Shown here: piece by piece, positions 36,474 through 45,046 of the stretch
How positions within the stretch are numbered: position 1 is the first letter of the stretch
Layout of the letters: each line of letters opens with the position of its first letter
Assembly: GCA_039818185.1 (NCBI GenBank)
Contig: JBCBUI010000016.1
Coordinates: forward strand, 2,158 to 66,157
Length of the DNA: 64,000 nucleotides
Direction: 5' to 3'
DNA from: Pseudomonadota bacterium
GTDB taxonomy: Bacteria > Pseudomonadota > Alphaproteobacteria > Caulobacterales > Hyphomonadaceae
Position numbers and translations under genes: made by a program
Notes under the pieces: generated by a model
Database searches by the model: none
What the model saw: only the letters and a program-made list of their open reading frames with translations
Told to the model about the DNA's origin: nothing

Positions 36474-37111
36474 GAATCTATGGACGCCCTGACAGTTCTG
36501 CCGTGGCTCGTGTCATGTGGACTGTTGAAGAGCTAGGATTGGACTATGAACGTGTCGATTGGGGTGGGGCTTATGGCGGCAATGACAGCCTAGAGTATCG
36601 CGCCATGAATCCGTCTGGTAAAATTCCGACCGTGCGGCTGGAGAATGGCCAGGCACTTTGGGAGTCAAATGCGATCATTCGTTATCTTTGCGCCATTGAC
36701 CCAACTCATAAATACCTTCCCATAGACCCGTTTGAGCGAGCAAAGACTGAAGCTTGGATGGATTGGGCGGGGGCTCTGCAAAATGCGGTCTCGCGCATTC
36801 GAAAGGCATATAAGCCTGCAGGGGCCACGCAATCAGACATCAGCTCCGAACTCGAACAGGTCGCACCAACCCTGCGAGTACTAAACACCCAGTTGGCGGG
36901 GCAAAACTTCGTCATGGGACATGACATAAGCGTGGCAGATTTCGCGCTGGGCGTCTGGGCGCACCGTTTGTGGCGCTGTCCGCCGGTTGCTAAGCCGCGG
37001 GGGTTGGATGCGATCTGGAAGTGGCTCGAGCGCCTGCAGGCGCGACCGGCCTATCGCGAACATGTCATGGAGAAAGTCTCTGCCGGGCCACAGCACGTCG
37101 GCGGCGGTTAG
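36467..37111 (+). CDS. Glutathione S-transferase family protein
   Basis: The ORF opens at 36386, but ATG 36467 gives MLRIYGRPDSSAV, a typical GST N-terminus. It continues KIPTVRLENGQALWESNAIIRYL (thioredoxin-like G-site). Start overlaps the HAD stop region. Confidence 0.8.
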   Translation: MLRIYGRPDSSAVARVMWTVEELGLDYERVDWGGAYGGNDSLEYRAMNPSGKIPTVRLENGQALWESNAIIRYLCAIDPTHKYLPIDPFERAKTEAWMDWAGALQNAVSRIRKAYKPAGATQSDISSELEQVAPTLRVLNTQLAGQNFVMGHDISVADFALGVWAHRLWRCPPVAKPRGLDAIWKWLERLQARPAYREHVMEKVSAGPQHVGGG

Positions 37112-37698
37112 CCCGTGACGGCTGTATGCGTATCTTGGTGTGTAACGCCTCGAAAGTCTTCAACCAGATTGAGATCACCGTCTGGTTCAACTCTGACGAT
37201 CATGCAATCAGGTGAGCCAATCGCCGCCCAATCGATCAAAGATGCATACCGTTGGCGCAGACAGAACGATCGCAACAATGCCCCCTGTAGGCCATGTCCA
37301 CAAATGCATATGCGATTGAAGCCTTTGTCGGCGAAATCATTTAGCGCGGCTAATGCGCGCCGCTGACATTTTTCGGCGGATTCCCAGCGATTGACCGAAA
37401 CACTCGGCTGACTAAACACAGCTGCGACCTGTGTCTCATAGTCTTGAACATAGCCCGACCTATGCAACTCGCGAAGACGGTTGTCCGTCTTCATCAAGCG
37501 ATGATTTCCGAATAATCGCCTGCTTGTTTGTATCGCCTTTTGTTCCGGGCTGGTCACGATTTCCTCGAAACTAAGCGCGCGCATCAATGATCCGATACGT
37601 CGTTCGGCATCGGTGACATCTAGCGCGAGTTGCCAATTCGCGACGGGTCGAGTCCGTTGACGAATGACGGGACAATGACGCACGAAATAGACCAGCAT
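37108..37698 (-). CDS. Histidine phosphatase (phosphoglycerate-mutase-like) family protein
   Basis: 196 aa. N-terminal LVYFVRHCP matches the RHG-type catalytic motif region (RHC here), with a later ICGHG block. Its stop overlaps the stop of the convergent GST gene by 4 nt. Confidence 0.6.
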   Translation of the reverse strand: MLVYFVRHCPVIRQRTRPVANWQLALDVTDAERRIGSLMRALSFEEIVTSPEQKAIQTSRRLFGNHRLMKTDNRLRELHRSGYVQDYETQVAAVFSQPSVSVNRWESAEKCQRRALAALNDFADKGFNRICICGHGLQGALLRSFCLRQRYASLIDWAAIGSPDCMIVRVEPDGDLNLVEDFRGVTHQDTHTAVTG

Positions 37699-37874
37699 CG
37701 CTTCAACCGACCACGATTGGCCAAAAAGGCCAGAGATTTACAGTTCCGTTTTGCATCAGGTCCTCACACCCAAAAATCGACCATAACCGATCCGTGCGAC
37801 AAGAACGCGAAGCTGAGTGGGTCTTCCATCAAGCCTAGACAAGTTCGCCTTTTGGGCGAGGAATCAGCCGCACA

Positions 37875-37892
37875 CTGACATCGTCGCGTCAT
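37875..37892 (+). promoter_or_regulatory. Candidate PhoB box upstream of phosphatase gene
   Basis: CTGACAT-CGTC-GCGTCAT matches CTGTCAT-N4-CTGTCAT at 11/14 positions. Lies 40 nt upstream of ATG 37932. Confidence 0.3.
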
Positions 37893-37931
37893 GGGGCTGG
37901 ACTAGGCCTTATCGAAACTGGCGGAGGAGGC

Positions 37932-39383
37932 ATGTTCGAGATGCGCTTTGGGGTTCTGATTTCATTTGTTCTAGCGATTTTTCTGGGGGCCGCGCATGCG
38001 GGCCCAGGGCATCATCACGGCGATACAATGCCGCCTTGGCAAAAAGCGACGGGGTGGCCTGACCGCATTGTGGTGACCCTCGCGGACAATCCGCAAAACC
38101 GATTCTCTGTGACTTGGCGGACAGATGAAACCGTTAGCGAAACCATCGCTCAAATCGCCGTCGCCACGGAAGATGCACGCTTCGATCTAGCGGCAGAAAC
38201 CGTTGCCGCCAGAACCGAACCCCTGAATCCGGCCATGCCCGAATTGCAAGGCACCGTGTATCAAGAACCAATGAATGCGGGTCTTCCAGCCGCGCATTTT
38301 CACTCAGTGACGTTTTCAGATCTGCAACCTGATACGGTTTATGCATATCGTGTGCGCGGCGCGCGCGGCGCTTGGAGCGAGTGGTTTCAAACCCGGACTG
38401 CCGCAGAATCTGGACCCGTTAAATTCATCTATGTGGGGGATGCACAGAACGGCGTCATGTCCCATTGGTCTCGTTTGATCCGCGCGAGCTATGCCGCTGT
38501 TCCTGAGGCAGACTTCATTCTGCATGCGGGTGATCTCGTGAACCGGGCCTCGCGCGACTTTGAATGGGCAGAATGGTTTAAGGCCGTCAGTCATATTCAT
38601 GGCATGGTGCCGGCGCTTCCCGTCGCAGGCAATCATGAATACGCGCAACTCGGCTTGTCGCCGAACCGGACGGATCGCATTCTATCCATCTTCTGGCGCC
38701 CGCAATTTACGTTGCCTGTAGAGGCCAGCTTGCCGGCCGACCTGCACGAGGTGGTTTATGACATGCGGTATTCCGATGATCTGCACGTCTTCATCCTGTC
38801 GACCCAGAATAGCAATATTCAAGTCCAAGCGGACTGGCTGGACTCTGAACTCGCGAATAGCGATGCGACGTGGAAAATCGTTTCCATGCACCATCCTATT
38901 TTCTCATCTGGACGCGGCCGCGACAGCGCGGAACGGCGCAGCATCTTGTTGCCGGTTTTGGAAAAACATGCCGTGGATCTCGTTTTGCAGGGGCATGACC
39001 ACACTTATGCACGCGGCGCGATTGGGCAAACGCCGGAACGCCTGGGTTGGCGCGACTCCGGCGGACAAGTTCAAACCATGTTTGTGAACTCCGTCAGTGG
39101 CCCGAAACAGTATGACTTTCAGGAAACCAATTGGGACATGTATGACGAGTTTGATGTCGAACTAGCACGCCGCGCAGAGAACACGCCATTCTATCAAATC
39201 ATCACGGTTGATGGCGATACCCTGAGTTATGAAGCCCGCACGGTCCTGGATCAGCTCTATGATGATTTCGAGATGCGTAAATCTGGTGGCATCAAACAGA
39301 TCACCCGCGGCGCAACGTCGACCATGTCTGAACGGTCTTACCAGAATACCGGTGATTATCCCGGGGTAAATGATCTGAAATAG
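37932..39383 (+). CDS. Secreted purple-acid-phosphatase-like metallophosphoesterase
   Basis: 483 aa with a signal peptide (LISFVLAIFLGAAHA). PAP N-terminal FN3-like block (FSVTWRTDE...YAYRVRG) and metallophosphoesterase motifs GDAQN, GDLVNRA, GNHEY and GHDHTY. Confidence 0.8.
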   Translation: MFEMRFGVLISFVLAIFLGAAHAGPGHHHGDTMPPWQKATGWPDRIVVTLADNPQNRFSVTWRTDETVSETIAQIAVATEDARFDLAAETVAARTEPLNPAMPELQGTVYQEPMNAGLPAAHFHSVTFSDLQPDTVYAYRVRGARGAWSEWFQTRTAAESGPVKFIYVGDAQNGVMSHWSRLIRASYAAVPEADFILHAGDLVNRASRDFEWAEWFKAVSHIHGMVPALPVAGNHEYAQLGLSPNRTDRILSIFWRPQFTLPVEASLPADLHEVVYDMRYSDDLHVFILSTQNSNIQVQADWLDSELANSDATWKIVSMHHPIFSSGRGRDSAERRSILLPVLEKHAVDLVLQGHDHTYARGAIGQTPERLGWRDSGGQVQTMFVNSVSGPKQYDFQETNWDMYDEFDVELARRAENTPFYQIITVDGDTLSYEARTVLDQLYDDFEMRKSGGIKQITRGATSTMSERSYQNTGDYPGVNDLK

Positions 39384-39446
39384 GGCGCCGCAATAGACCG
39401 GGCGGCAGGGTTGAGGATGGGCACCCATGATACGTCGCCCGAACTA

Positions 39447-39464
39447 AAGTCACGCATCTGTCGC
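39447..39464 (+). promoter_or_regulatory. Weak candidate PhoB box upstream of phoD-like gene
   Basis: AAGTCAC-GCAT-CTGTCGC matches the consensus at 9/14 positions. Lies ~40 nt upstream of ATG 39503. Confidence 0.2.
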
Positions 39465-39502
39465 ATGCCGGGTTTAGGCCTAGCAATTGGGAGGGACACG
39501 CC

Positions 39503-40882
39503 ATGATCCACATTCCGAATCTAACAAAGCGAACGCTGTTAAAGGGGATCGCGGCGGGTGGACTTCTCGCCCCCGAATTACAAGCCCTGGCACAACGGGG
39601 GATTTTTCCTAAGCTCTTGCTTGGACCGATGCTGGGACCGTCAACGCCGACATCGGTCAGTCTTTGGGCGATGGTCAACGGTGTCTATGATGTCGTGATC
39701 GAATATGCAGACAATGATGTCTTCCGGAACCCAATGCGCACCGCTCCGATCCCGGCAAAGGAAGAAAATCTATACATCATTCGTCCGGTCATAAGCGGGC
39801 TCAGTCCAGCGACCAATTATTGGTATCGATTCATTATCAATGGACGCGCGCAGGAAGGCGGACATACGCTGCCTATGGGGCGTTTCAAAACCTCGCCTGA
39901 GCATGGTCGCGCTCACGACTTCACCGTTGGATATGGGTCCTGCGCCAATTTCGGCTATGATTCCATCCAGCCGATTTGGAATGCTGTTTCGCTGCATACG
40001 CCAGATCTGTTTTTCAATCTGGGCGACAATATCTATTGCGACTCATTCGAGCCCTTTGTGCTGGACTTCGAGTATCAAAGGCAGCGCGGTGTGCAGACTT
40101 ATCAGCATGTCGCGCGCAACGTGCCCCAATTTGCGATTTGGGACGATCATGATTTCGGTTTGAACGATCATGACCGAACCAACCCCATCAAGGAAAACGC
40201 CTTGGAGGCGTTTAAACGCTATTGGCTGAACCCGTCTTATGGTCTTGCCGAAACGCCGGGCGTGTTTTTCGACTACCAGTATGGTGCTGTGGACTTCATT
40301 TTTACGGATGGGCGCTATTATCGCGACCCAAATAAGGATGAGGATACGCCGGAGAAAACCATGCTCGGCAAAGACCAGTTGGCCTGGCTCAAGGACACAC
40401 TGAAAGCGTCAAACGGTATCTTCAAAATTCTCGCTTGTGGAAGCGGTTGGTCGAAGAATAAGGGGCCTGGCGGTGATGCTTGGTCTTCGTTTCTACATGA
40501 ACGTGATGCCTTATTTGATTTTATCCGTGATGAAGCCATTGAAGGTGTCATCCTGATCTCGGGCGACACGCATATTGGCGAGTTCAATTGCATCCCATGG
40601 TCTGAACGGGGCGGCTATGACCTCTACGACCTTGTCAGTTCGCCCATTTCCAGTCGGCAATCGCACAGTTGGTTGAAGCGCACGCCCGAAATAAGGTTGC
40701 GAACGCCGCCCTACACGATTGGCCCAAATGTTGGCTTTCTGAATTTCGATTTCACGGACGAACCATCTATGACCTGGTGGCTGTCCAAGCCGGATGGGAA
40801 ACCAACTTGGGCGCCAGCAACCTTTAAACCGAGTCAGCTCAAGAATGGTGTGTCTTCGTGGCGCGACTATATGCGGAACTGA
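39503..40882 (+). CDS. phoD: PhoD-family alkaline phosphatase/phosphodiesterase
   Basis: 459 aa with a Tat-like leader (TKRTLLKGIAAGGLLAP). PhoD N-domain pattern (GPMLGPSTPTSVSLW ... YWYRF). Metallophosphatase core (GSCANF, LGDNIYCD, WDDHDFGLND, ISGDTHIGE). Confidence 0.85.
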   Translation: MIHIPNLTKRTLLKGIAAGGLLAPELQALAQRGIFPKLLLGPMLGPSTPTSVSLWAMVNGVYDVVIEYADNDVFRNPMRTAPIPAKEENLYIIRPVISGLSPATNYWYRFIINGRAQEGGHTLPMGRFKTSPEHGRAHDFTVGYGSCANFGYDSIQPIWNAVSLHTPDLFFNLGDNIYCDSFEPFVLDFEYQRQRGVQTYQHVARNVPQFAIWDDHDFGLNDHDRTNPIKENALEAFKRYWLNPSYGLAETPGVFFDYQYGAVDFIFTDGRYYRDPNKDEDTPEKTMLGKDQLAWLKDTLKASNGIFKILACGSGWSKNKGPGGDAWSSFLHERDALFDFIRDEAIEGVILISGDTHIGEFNCIPWSERGGYDLYDLVSSPISSRQSHSWLKRTPEIRLRTPPYTIGPNVGFLNFDFTDEPSMTWWLSKPDGKPTWAPATFKPSQLKNGVSSWRDYMRN

Positions 40883-40920
40883 TACGGCATTCGCGCGATG
40901 AGATGTGCTGCAAGGCGTAT

Positions 40921-42312
40921 ATGATTTTGAGATCGCTGTTGATGTTCTTATGGGTCGCGTTAGCGCAAGTGGCCCATGCTGAAACGCCATGGCGCGCCGA
41001 GACCGCGTTCGATGCGCCCGACTGGTTGACGCTCAAAGGCGAGGCGCGGGTTAGATATGAAAGCCTCGACGGGCAGTTTCGCGCCAATCGCGAGGGAAGC
41101 GATCAGCTGCTTCTATTTCGATCGCTATTGCTCGCAGAAGCAGACACCGGGTCGATGCAGCTGGGGATCGAACTACAAGACAGTCGAACGTATCTCGCCG
41201 ATGCTGGCACACCGCTGAGCTCCAGCATCGCCAATCCGCTTGATTTATTGCAGGCTTACGCAAAGTTTGACCAATTGCCTGGCGTATTGGGCGAGGGCTC
41301 CTCCAGCACGTTGAAAATCGGCCGTCAAACCATATCGATCGGCTCCAAACGACAGATTGAGCGTGTAGATTTTGCCAATGTCATCAAGTCTTACACCGGA
41401 TTGAATTTCCGCACGACCAATGCGCGGGGCGACGAATTGCATGCCATCTATGTCGTGCCGACAGCACGCTTTCCCAACACGCGACCGGCCTTGGATGACA
41501 ATGATTTATCGGGCGACGAGGAGCAATGGGACAGGCGGATCTTTGGGCTCCATTATCGCCGGGCTGATATATTGCCTTCGCTCGCGCCAGGCTTATGGGG
41601 CGAAGCTTTCGTCTATGGTCTTGAAGAGCGCGACTCAAATTCTTTCCAAACGCCAGACCGATCCTACATCGCACCCGGTTTTCGGGTCTATCGGCAACCT
41701 GAGATTGGAACATGGGACATCGATCTCGAAGGCGCATGGCGTCACGGAACGCGCTACGCGACCAGCGCCCCGGATGATCGACAGAGTTTATCTGTCGATG
41801 CATCCATGCTGCATGCCGAACTGGGCTATACCTTCGATGCGCCATGGCGACCGCGGCTCGCGTTCGAATACTATTGGGCCAGTGGCGATGACGATCCAAG
41901 CGATCTGAACTTCGATCAACATGAGCGATTGTTTGGGTCACGCCGCTCCGATCTGAACAATACCTCGATCCATGGACCGCTCACCCCCGCTAATCTGAAC
42001 GCACCAGGCTTTCGCATCGAGGTCAAACCAAACGATCGCTGGGATGGACGCTTTTATTATCACGCGGCACATCTCGCATCTGAAACAGATTCCTGGGTGA
42101 TTGCGCGCCGACGTGACGCAACTGGCGGCTCAGGCAGTTTTATCGGGCACGTGCTAGATGCGCGCGCGCGCTATTGGGTCGTTCCGGACAGTCTTCGATT
42201 CGAGCTTGGGGCGTCAGGTCTTGTGTATGGTGAGTTTGCGAGAAACGTCCCGGATGGTCCTGAAGGTGATGGCACAGTATTCGGATATGCACAGCTGACC
42301 TGGTCGTTCTGA
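40921..42312 (+). CDS. Alginate-export (AlgE-like) family outer-membrane beta-barrel porin
   Basis: The ORF opens at 40858; ATG 40921 gives the signal peptide MILRSLLMFLWVALAQVAHA. WLTLKGEARVRYESLDGQF and the alternating beta-strand pattern ending ...YAQLTWSF resemble the Alginate_exp family as I recall it. Confidence 0.65.
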   Translation: MILRSLLMFLWVALAQVAHAETPWRAETAFDAPDWLTLKGEARVRYESLDGQFRANREGSDQLLLFRSLLLAEADTGSMQLGIELQDSRTYLADAGTPLSSSIANPLDLLQAYAKFDQLPGVLGEGSSSTLKIGRQTISIGSKRQIERVDFANVIKSYTGLNFRTTNARGDELHAIYVVPTARFPNTRPALDDNDLSGDEEQWDRRIFGLHYRRADILPSLAPGLWGEAFVYGLEERDSNSFQTPDRSYIAPGFRVYRQPEIGTWDIDLEGAWRHGTRYATSAPDDRQSLSVDASMLHAELGYTFDAPWRPRLAFEYYWASGDDDPSDLNFDQHERLFGSRRSDLNNTSIHGPLTPANLNAPGFRIEVKPNDRWDGRFYYHAAHLASETDSWVIARRRDATGGSGSFIGHVLDARARYWVVPDSLRFELGASGLVYGEFARNVPDGPEGDGTVFGYAQLTWSF

Positions 42313-42435
42313 GAAAGCCTTTCAATTTAACGGTTAAGCGTTGAATTCTGTGCTGAAATTCTAAACTTGTTCCTTTGCTCCGCCTCTAAACGGCTTTGCA
42401 CCAATCGGCTATTTGTTGGGCCGAACTTCGCCAAA

Positions 42436-42453
42436 CGGTCATCGGACCGTCTC
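42436..42453 (+). promoter_or_regulatory. Weak candidate PhoB box upstream of HD-domain gene
   Basis: CGGTCAT-CGGA-CCGTCTC matches the consensus at 10/14 positions. Lies ~50 nt upstream of 42501. Confidence 0.25.
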
Positions 42454-42500
42454 GATCGCAATCTATGCTTGAGAATCTCGAAAACCGCTGACCAGGAGGA

Positions 42501-43241
42501 TTGAATATGACTGAACCTCTCAATGAGAGACAGCTTTCGCGCCGTACTTTTATCGCGAGCTCTGCGCTACTGGGTGGCGCGGCCGTCACCGCGCAATCTT
42601 CAAGCGCGATGCCGAAGGCAAAAGAACAAGAACGACAGACGCCAACTAATATCATCGAACAGATTGTTGAAGTATTTGGCGGTTTTGATTTCGATCAAGA
42701 ACTTGCCGAAGCGGCGCGCCGGGATGGTACGGATGATCCACGCCTAAGCTATCATGTTCAAGCCGCTTCTCGACGTAGCCACGCCATTCAATGTGCCTTG
42801 CAAGCCGAACAAGCAGGGGCAGACGAACCGTTTATTGCGGCCGCGCTCGTGCATGATATCGGCCATCAATTCGCGGCACCGGCGCCGATTGGATTAGAAG
42901 AGGACTATGACGACTTACATGGCAAGATCGCGGCTTACTGGTTGCGAAACGCGTTTGTCGAAGAAGTCTCTGAGCCGGTGCTGTTGCATGTGCCAGGCAA
43001 ACGCTATCTCGTAACAACGCGTCCAGAATATATGGACATTCTCTCTAGCGGTTCGATCGATTCGTTGAGACGTCAGGGCGGTCCAATGAGCGACGATGAA
43101 GTGCAGAAATTCGAAGCGCTTCCGCATTCTGAATGGGGAGTCGAAGTTCGGATCTGGGATGACAAAGCCAAGGTGCGCGGGTTCGAATTGCCAAGCATTG
43201 AACGCTTTATTCCGTATCTCGAGGCGTCTTTGAAGGCCTAA
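42501..43241 (+). CDS. HD-domain protein of the phosphonate-operon-associated (PhnZ/TmpB-like) type with a twin-arginine signal peptide
   Basis: 246 aa. N-terminus LSRRTFIASSALLGGAAVTAQS matches S-R-R-x-F-L plus a hydrophobic region. HD-type ligand pattern SHAIQCALQAE...AAALVHDIGH...LHGKIAAYWL...LLHVPGKRYL. Confidence 0.65.
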   Translation: MNMTEPLNERQLSRRTFIASSALLGGAAVTAQSSSAMPKAKEQERQTPTNIIEQIVEVFGGFDFDQELAEAARRDGTDDPRLSYHVQAASRRSHAIQCALQAEQAGADEPFIAAALVHDIGHQFAAPAPIGLEEDYDDLHGKIAAYWLRNAFVEEVSEPVLLHVPGKRYLVTTRPEYMDILSSGSIDSLRRQGGPMSDDEVQKFEALPHSEWGVEVRIWDDKAKVRGFELPSIERFIPYLEASLKA

Positions 43242-43300
43242 ACGGAGTGGCCAAACTTCGTGCTTCGCGATCGAATCTCGCGTTTTGAAGAGAATTTCAA

Positions 43301-44866
43301 TTGAGGTTCGCTTCCAAGCATACGCTGCCTTCGTTGGGATGGGTCATATTGAAGAATATACGAATTCAAGTTTTGATAGTCAGTTTGATCGCCATTTGGA
43401 TGCACGCGTCGACATCAATTGCGAATGCGCATCCAGCTCAACCCGCCGGGCCAGCTTGGCAACTCCCGTCAGAATGGCCGGATCGAGTTATCGCTTCTCC
43501 CGGTGCTGACCCTCAAACGAGCTTTTCTGTTACTTGGAGAACGAGCGCGACCGTTTCGTCGGCCATCGCGGAAATCGTCGAAGCGAGCCCTGACTCTCGC
43601 TTCGACTTGATGGCGACGCCGCAAAACGCGAACTACGAGCGTGTGGATCCAGAAGCAGCGCTATATGCGCACAATCGAGATGGCACTCCCAATTTTGGTC
43701 TGGCTGCCGTGCACTATTACTCAACCACGTTCGAGAACTTGGAACCTGACACGCTCTACGCGTATCGTGTGCGGGGAGATGAAGGAGCATGGAGCGAATG
43801 GTTCCAAATAAGAACGGCGCCAGCGAACGGCCCCGTGAGTTTTCTTTACTATGGGGATGCCCAATACGGCATTCGTTCACATGTTGCGCGGGTCTTTCGA
43901 CAAGGCTTACTTAGCTCGCCCAATGCAGACTTCGTGGTTCATGCTGGCGATCTTGTAAACAAAGGGGACCGCGATCGTGAGTGGGCGGAGTGGTTTGCCG
44001 CAGGGGATTTTATACACGCGATGATCCCTGTCGTCCCGGTCGCGGGTAACCACGAATATCTGGATACGGAGCGGGGTGGTTCAAAAGATGGCAAGGCGGT
44101 GCTCACAGAATTGTGGCGACCGCAATTTACATTGCCAGTTGAAACGACGCTGCCAGACAATCTGCACGAAACGGTTTATGATCTGCGTTACGGTCCGGAT
44201 TTACATTTGTTTGTCCTCGATTCTTCAAGCCCGTTGTGGGGCGAGCAAATGAGCTGGTTGAAAACCAAGTCTGCGGCGTCTGACGCAACCTGGAAAATAG
44301 TCGCCATGCACCACTCACCATTTCGACCAGGGCTACAGGGATACGAGAACGCTCCAGCAAGAGGCGAGTATCATCGGGATCGACAGGAGGCTTTTTTGGT
44401 GACCGCAAAAGCCGCCGAAATCGATATGGTGCTCGCCGGGCACAATCACAGTTATACGCGCGCGAGCTTTGGGCGTGAACTGGGCGGAGGCTTGCCCATT
44501 CAGACCCAAGCAGAGTTGATCGAAGCGGCCCATCCAGTAGAGTTGGTGATTGTGGTATCCATCGCCGGCGCGATGAGCGGAACGATGACCGATCAACGAT
44601 TTTCGACAGGCAATCGGAAAAAATTTGGTTCCGACCTTGCATTACAACGGTGGGCTAACAACACGCCGACATATCAGGCAATCCAAGTGATTGGAAAGCG
44701 TTTATCCTATCAAAGCTATTTAGCGACGGGCGAGATTTATGATGAATTTGAGATGGAAAAGAGCTCGGACGGACCGACTAAGCTGACAAATGGAGCGATC
44801 GTAGGCACTCCGTCACGCCGGTTCGAAACAACGGGCCCGTATCGTGACAAGAATGACTTAAGATAG
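43301..44866 (+). CDS. Secreted purple-acid-phosphatase-like metallophosphoesterase (paralog of 37932-39383)
   Basis: 521 aa with a TTG start. Collinear with the 37932 gene (WPDRVIASPGADPQTSFSVTWRT versus WPDRIVVTLADNPQNRFSVTWRT). Motifs GDAQYG, GDLVNKGD, GNHEY and GHNHSY. Confidence 0.8.
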   Translation: MRFASKHTLPSLGWVILKNIRIQVLIVSLIAIWMHASTSIANAHPAQPAGPAWQLPSEWPDRVIASPGADPQTSFSVTWRTSATVSSAIAEIVEASPDSRFDLMATPQNANYERVDPEAALYAHNRDGTPNFGLAAVHYYSTTFENLEPDTLYAYRVRGDEGAWSEWFQIRTAPANGPVSFLYYGDAQYGIRSHVARVFRQGLLSSPNADFVVHAGDLVNKGDRDREWAEWFAAGDFIHAMIPVVPVAGNHEYLDTERGGSKDGKAVLTELWRPQFTLPVETTLPDNLHETVYDLRYGPDLHLFVLDSSSPLWGEQMSWLKTKSAASDATWKIVAMHHSPFRPGLQGYENAPARGEYHRDRQEAFLVTAKAAEIDMVLAGHNHSYTRASFGRELGGGLPIQTQAELIEAAHPVELVIVVSIAGAMSGTMTDQRFSTGNRKKFGSDLALQRWANNTPTYQAIQVIGKRLSYQSYLATGEIYDEFEMEKSSDGPTKLTNGAIVGTPSRRFETTGPYRDKNDLR

Positions 44867-45046
44867 AGACCATTCGCGAGCTGAAACCGCAGCTTAAATC
44901 CGCATAATGGATACTTTGACTTTTGCCATAGGCTGATTTTTGGGTCGCGCACCTCGTATTCTTTAGAACGCGAGTTTCGAAGAAAGCGGTTTCGGATACT
45001 GGCCGATGGTGCAAGGAGCGAGCAGCGAGGATGAGTTACACTCGCC

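Noticed and set aside
41384-41941. 185-aa minus-strand ORF and 162-aa plus-strand ORF (41420-41908) within the porin gene
   Set aside because: Both overlap the 464-aa beta-barrel frame, which has a signal peptide and a terminal aromatic residue. Their compositions are off-frame-like.
44867-45046. Search for an attL-type direct repeat of the tRNA-Ser 3' end at the presumed left border of the island
   Set aside because: No match to GGATTCGAACCC or adjacent tRNA sequence was seen here or at other intergenic gaps (47.9, 50.45, 50.9-51.3 kb). The left boundary stays undefined.
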